This document shows, piece by piece, positions 60,395 to 64,000 of a DNA stretch of 64,000 nt (its first letter is position 1; every line of letters starts with the position of its first letter). The stretch covers positions 18,724,001 to 18,788,000 of the forward strand of contig OX442314.1 in the NCBI GenBank assembly GCA_949358305.1, in the 5' to 3' direction. The notes beneath the pieces are model-generated. The model was not told where the DNA came from and made no database searches. It saw nothing but the letters and a program-made list of their open reading frames with translations. This DNA comes from Strigamia acuminata. Its lineage: Eukaryota. The position numbers and the translations under genes were made by a program.

Positions 60395-63300
60395 CTAGAC
60401 AGAGTGCGACTGCGTGTCTTGTATTGAAATATCTTCCGTCGAAGCCTTAGTCGCAATTTCTTGCGGAGAAACTTTGGCATCAGCGGAAGATAACAAATCT
60501 AAAAAGTGTTTTTCGTCGTTGTCATTTACAGTAACATGAGATCTCTTGAAAAGATGAGTATTTTTAACTTGCTGCGCCTCTGGCTTGAAATCTAAATAAA
60601 TACCGGAATTAAATAAATAAATAAATATTAGGCAAATCATTCCAATTGCAACTAACTTCCATTGAGAAATTCCTTCCCCGAAGGAGGCTGCGACTGCTTG
60701 ATCGATGATGATGGCACAAACGTTGTCCGGCATTGCGACATGACACCTTCTTTAGTGTTTTTCTCCGGTTTCAGCAACACGATGTACAATTTGGGAACGA
60801 ATAAACATCCGAGTAAAACAAAGCCGGACAGACTTAATGCTAATGAAATCGTTAGCGACCTTTGTATTGTGCTCGAACTTGCAAAGAAGACCGGCACAAA
60901 TGCTAACCACACGATGCATGTTGTGTAGTTAGTGAACGCGATAAACCGCGCTTCGTTGAACCCGTCCGGGCATTTCCGCGTCTTGAATGCAAACACTGTA
61001 CAAATCCCGACTAAGATGAGAGGATACACGAGTCCAACGAGATAAGAAGCATCGTCAGCACCGGCACAAATGGCGATGTTGTCTTCGGGTGTCGGATGAA
61101 TGGAGATCACGATCGGCGGACGATGAAATAACCAGACAGCATTAATGCCAATTTCGAGACTGGTGAGCAAACCGGTAATGACTAGCTGCGATTTCGGGCT
61201 AATATATCGAGCTTTGTGCGGATTAGGGTTGTTAGGATTAAAAATTCTCGCGATTCTGTTCGTTTTCGTCACGATTGCGGCGTAGCATAAAGTATAGCAA
61301 AAGCCGATTAAAAATCTGGCCACACCGCACGTCATTGGGGTCGGTTTAGCCACAATAAAAAAGGGCGTTAAAAACGAAAGAAACGTTCCCAACAGCAATA
61401 TGTAGTTGAGTTCCCGCCCAGCTGCTTTGATAATGGGTGTGTCGGCGTATGTCCAGAAAATAAAACCGACAGCTGCTGTGAAGATTACGCCGATGCCGGC
61501 TATGGCGATTGTCCCGATAGACCAAGGGTTTTTGTAATCGAGATGCGACACGGGGATTGGAATGCAGCGGTTTTTGTTGGGTGATGGTAGAGTTCCGAGT
61601 GGACAGTCCTGGCAATGAAAATCATCCTGCAAGTATTGGTAATGCGAGCAGTTTGTGCATATCCAGCAACAGTGGTCGCCGTCCTGTTGCATTTTCGCCT
61701 GTCCTGGAATGCACGGTTTGCTGCAGAATGACGCTGGGAACTGCGGTTCTAATTCAACAAATTTTAGTGCAGTTGAATTGATTTCTAATTGCGGCTGTGC
61801 ATCTTCGCTTACTAAAATAAATTAAATAAATAAATAAATAAAAAGTCGAAAAATAAAAATAATAAATTCTTTACAAGAATAATTCCCAACAACAATCCAT
61901 TGGAAACTGTCATCGGCCATTCGCTGGTAATTGTAAATACTGTATCTCGGCAACGCATCACGCTGAAAAAACCGAAAAGAAATTCCCCTTTCATCTAAAT
62001 AAAATAAATGAAATAAAATACGTTAATCGTGGCACAAAAGAACTGACATTCAAAATATCTTTTACCTTTAAACGTTACATTTTGCAAATATAATTTCAAA
62101 TCGTGTTTTTCGATCCGTTCTTCCAAAGCACGACATAATCCACGTTTGCCTTTACAAAAGTTTGTATGCATATTTCGCAAAGCATACGCAAAAGCGTACA
62201 CAGCATCCCTAATAAAATGCAGATACCACTGTTGGTGGTACCCATTATCTTCCGATACTTTATAAATTTTCTGACCACACGGAGGATAAAACTCGTTAAA
62301 CGGGTTGACCCGCACAGTGTCCAGTTTGCACTGAAAATACTCCTCGTAAAATTCACCGAACCTGTTGATGACACATCACGATTAATATTAGCCAATAATA
62401 AAAGACATTATCATGATTATCGTACCACGGATTTATAGTATTGTCCGATGCAGTTAAACTTTTAAAATATTCATCAAAACCGTTTATAATCCCAGCCATC
62501 GGTTGGACAGTTATAGCTCCTTCTATAACCTCTTCGACACCATAAGTAACTGAAGCTCTCCCGCTCCATCCATCAGTCCCGATCCAAACAAAACGACCAA
62601 CCACATCCAAACGTTTAGCTGCGGACATTAAATTATGCGCCGTTCTCTTGTCAGTAAAAACAACAACCACTGCAATGAACCGACACGTCTTAGGAACACT
62701 CAGGGAATAAATATATATTTTTTAAAATTGGTATCCTTACCCCGAACATTAGTCTTAACTTTGAGGTTTCGAATGACGTCATCATAATCGTCATTGGAAG
62801 CTTGATCCACGTGAATTCGTTGAGGAAAAGCGAAACACACGTTATATTTTGGTGCTAGTCTTTGCAGCTCTTCAAATCCGTTATTGCCATATTCAGTACT
62901 TGCATAAACTAAAGATACGTACGTCCAATTGAAAGCCCTAGAATAATAATAATAATAATAAATAATTTTAAAAAACCATTCAAAGTTTGACCAATTTAGA
63001 ATTGAAGTTTTTTAAAGCCATTTTTTTGTCATAAATTGAAAATTCACAATGAGGTAATAAGTGTATGCAGCAAAGCAATGGCTTACAAGTTAGTCTTATA
63101 AACCTTTCCAGTGCCATCTGTGGGAAATATGTAAAAACTGATAGTATCAAAAGGGTATATAAAAGAATGCATTTCATCCTTTAAAAAAAAAAATATAAAA
63201 ATAAAATAAATTAAAATAAATTGGAAAATTCAACCGAATTGAATTTTCTAATTCCACTGAAAGCCTAGCAAATGAAACGGCTAATTATAAAGTGCGAAAA

Positions 63301-63829
63301 GTAATTAAACGGGTATAAAATTTTCAATAGCAGCTTTTACGTGCACATTATTTCCAATTAACAAATCCGAAACTAATTACTCAATTTACCAGATCGGAAT
63401 GAGTGATCAGTACAATCCAATTTCAATTTCTAAAACAAATCGATAAGAACTGAAACAGACGTACCCCAAAATAGCCATTATGCAATGTGCTTGGTTAATA
63501 TCTGATGGCACTGTGCGAAAAAAGTACTCAAAAGCTTCTGTTTTGCTTAATGTTGTACTCGTAGACAAATAGCTAATCTAAAAATCAAAAAAATTTAAAA
63601 ACAAATAAAAAATTATTCTTACACCTTTTGGTGTTGTATTTCTACTAAGTGATACCTGAGGAACTTTGAAAAGACGAAGTAAATTGGCAACTTGAAGAGA
63701 AACTGCACTGGATTGTGCTCCGATCACGCCAACAATCCTATCGAATTCTCCGCCGCGATATTTGGGAGGTAGACCATCGTGACACATAAATTGTTGCTCG
63801 TGGTGTTCGTTCAGCCTGGCAATAAACCC
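60395..63829 (-). CDS. Metabotropic glutamate receptor-like class C GPCR (5' end outside window)
   Basis: VSLQVANLLRLFKVPQ, FFRTVPSD, FNWTYVS, WIGTDGW, Cys-rich CCWICTNC, 7TM TPIIKAAGREL, TKTNRIARIF, AFKTRKCPDGFNEA, PKLYIVLLKPEKN. Confidence 0.93.
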
Positions 63830-64000
63830 TGATTACAAAACAAACAAATAATAACTCGCCACTTGTTGCCATCTGTTTTCTGATACAATTTTCCACTCGA
63901 CAGCATTTCTATTCAACATACGACGTTGCTTAGTAACGAATTGAAAGTACGGCAAAGTCGTTAGGCAAACGCAATGTGAAGTGCGAATGCGAACCGATTA

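Noticed and set aside
60652..60660. Apparent mGluR stop (NGS*)
   Set aside because: The TAG lies within a GTTAGT donor. Splicing continues in frame to the exon ending at 60395.

Overview
AT-rich, gene-dense eukaryotic DNA with short spliceosomal introns, most consistent with an invertebrate and probably an arthropod (inferred from DCX-EMAP, a methuselah-like GPCR and an mXR-like class C GPCR). Genes in order: an unidentified terminal exon, methuselah-like GPCR (-), tRNA-Ser(CGA) (-), a receptor guanylyl cyclase with an unusual ectodomain and degenerate catalytic half-site (-), CDK11 (-), DDOST/OST48 (+), a zf-CW/PWWP protein (-), MEPCE/Bin3 (+), DCX-EMAP (-), NSUN5 (-), Pol I subunit RPA34/PAF49 (-), a NIT-domain guanylyl cyclase (+) and the 3' part of an mGluR-like receptor (-). 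The most unusual elements are: three antisense UBF-like HMG-box genes nested in one ~10 kb DCX-EMAP intron, two of them a recent tandem duplicate diverging at likely DNA-contacting positions; an intronless VMA21 ORF nested same-strand in an NSUN5 intron with a possible stop/start overlap; the half-site receptor cyclase; and a U12-type intron. Several small non-autonomous transposons are present. Exon boundaries were read by eye and family assignments come from motif recognition, not database searches.
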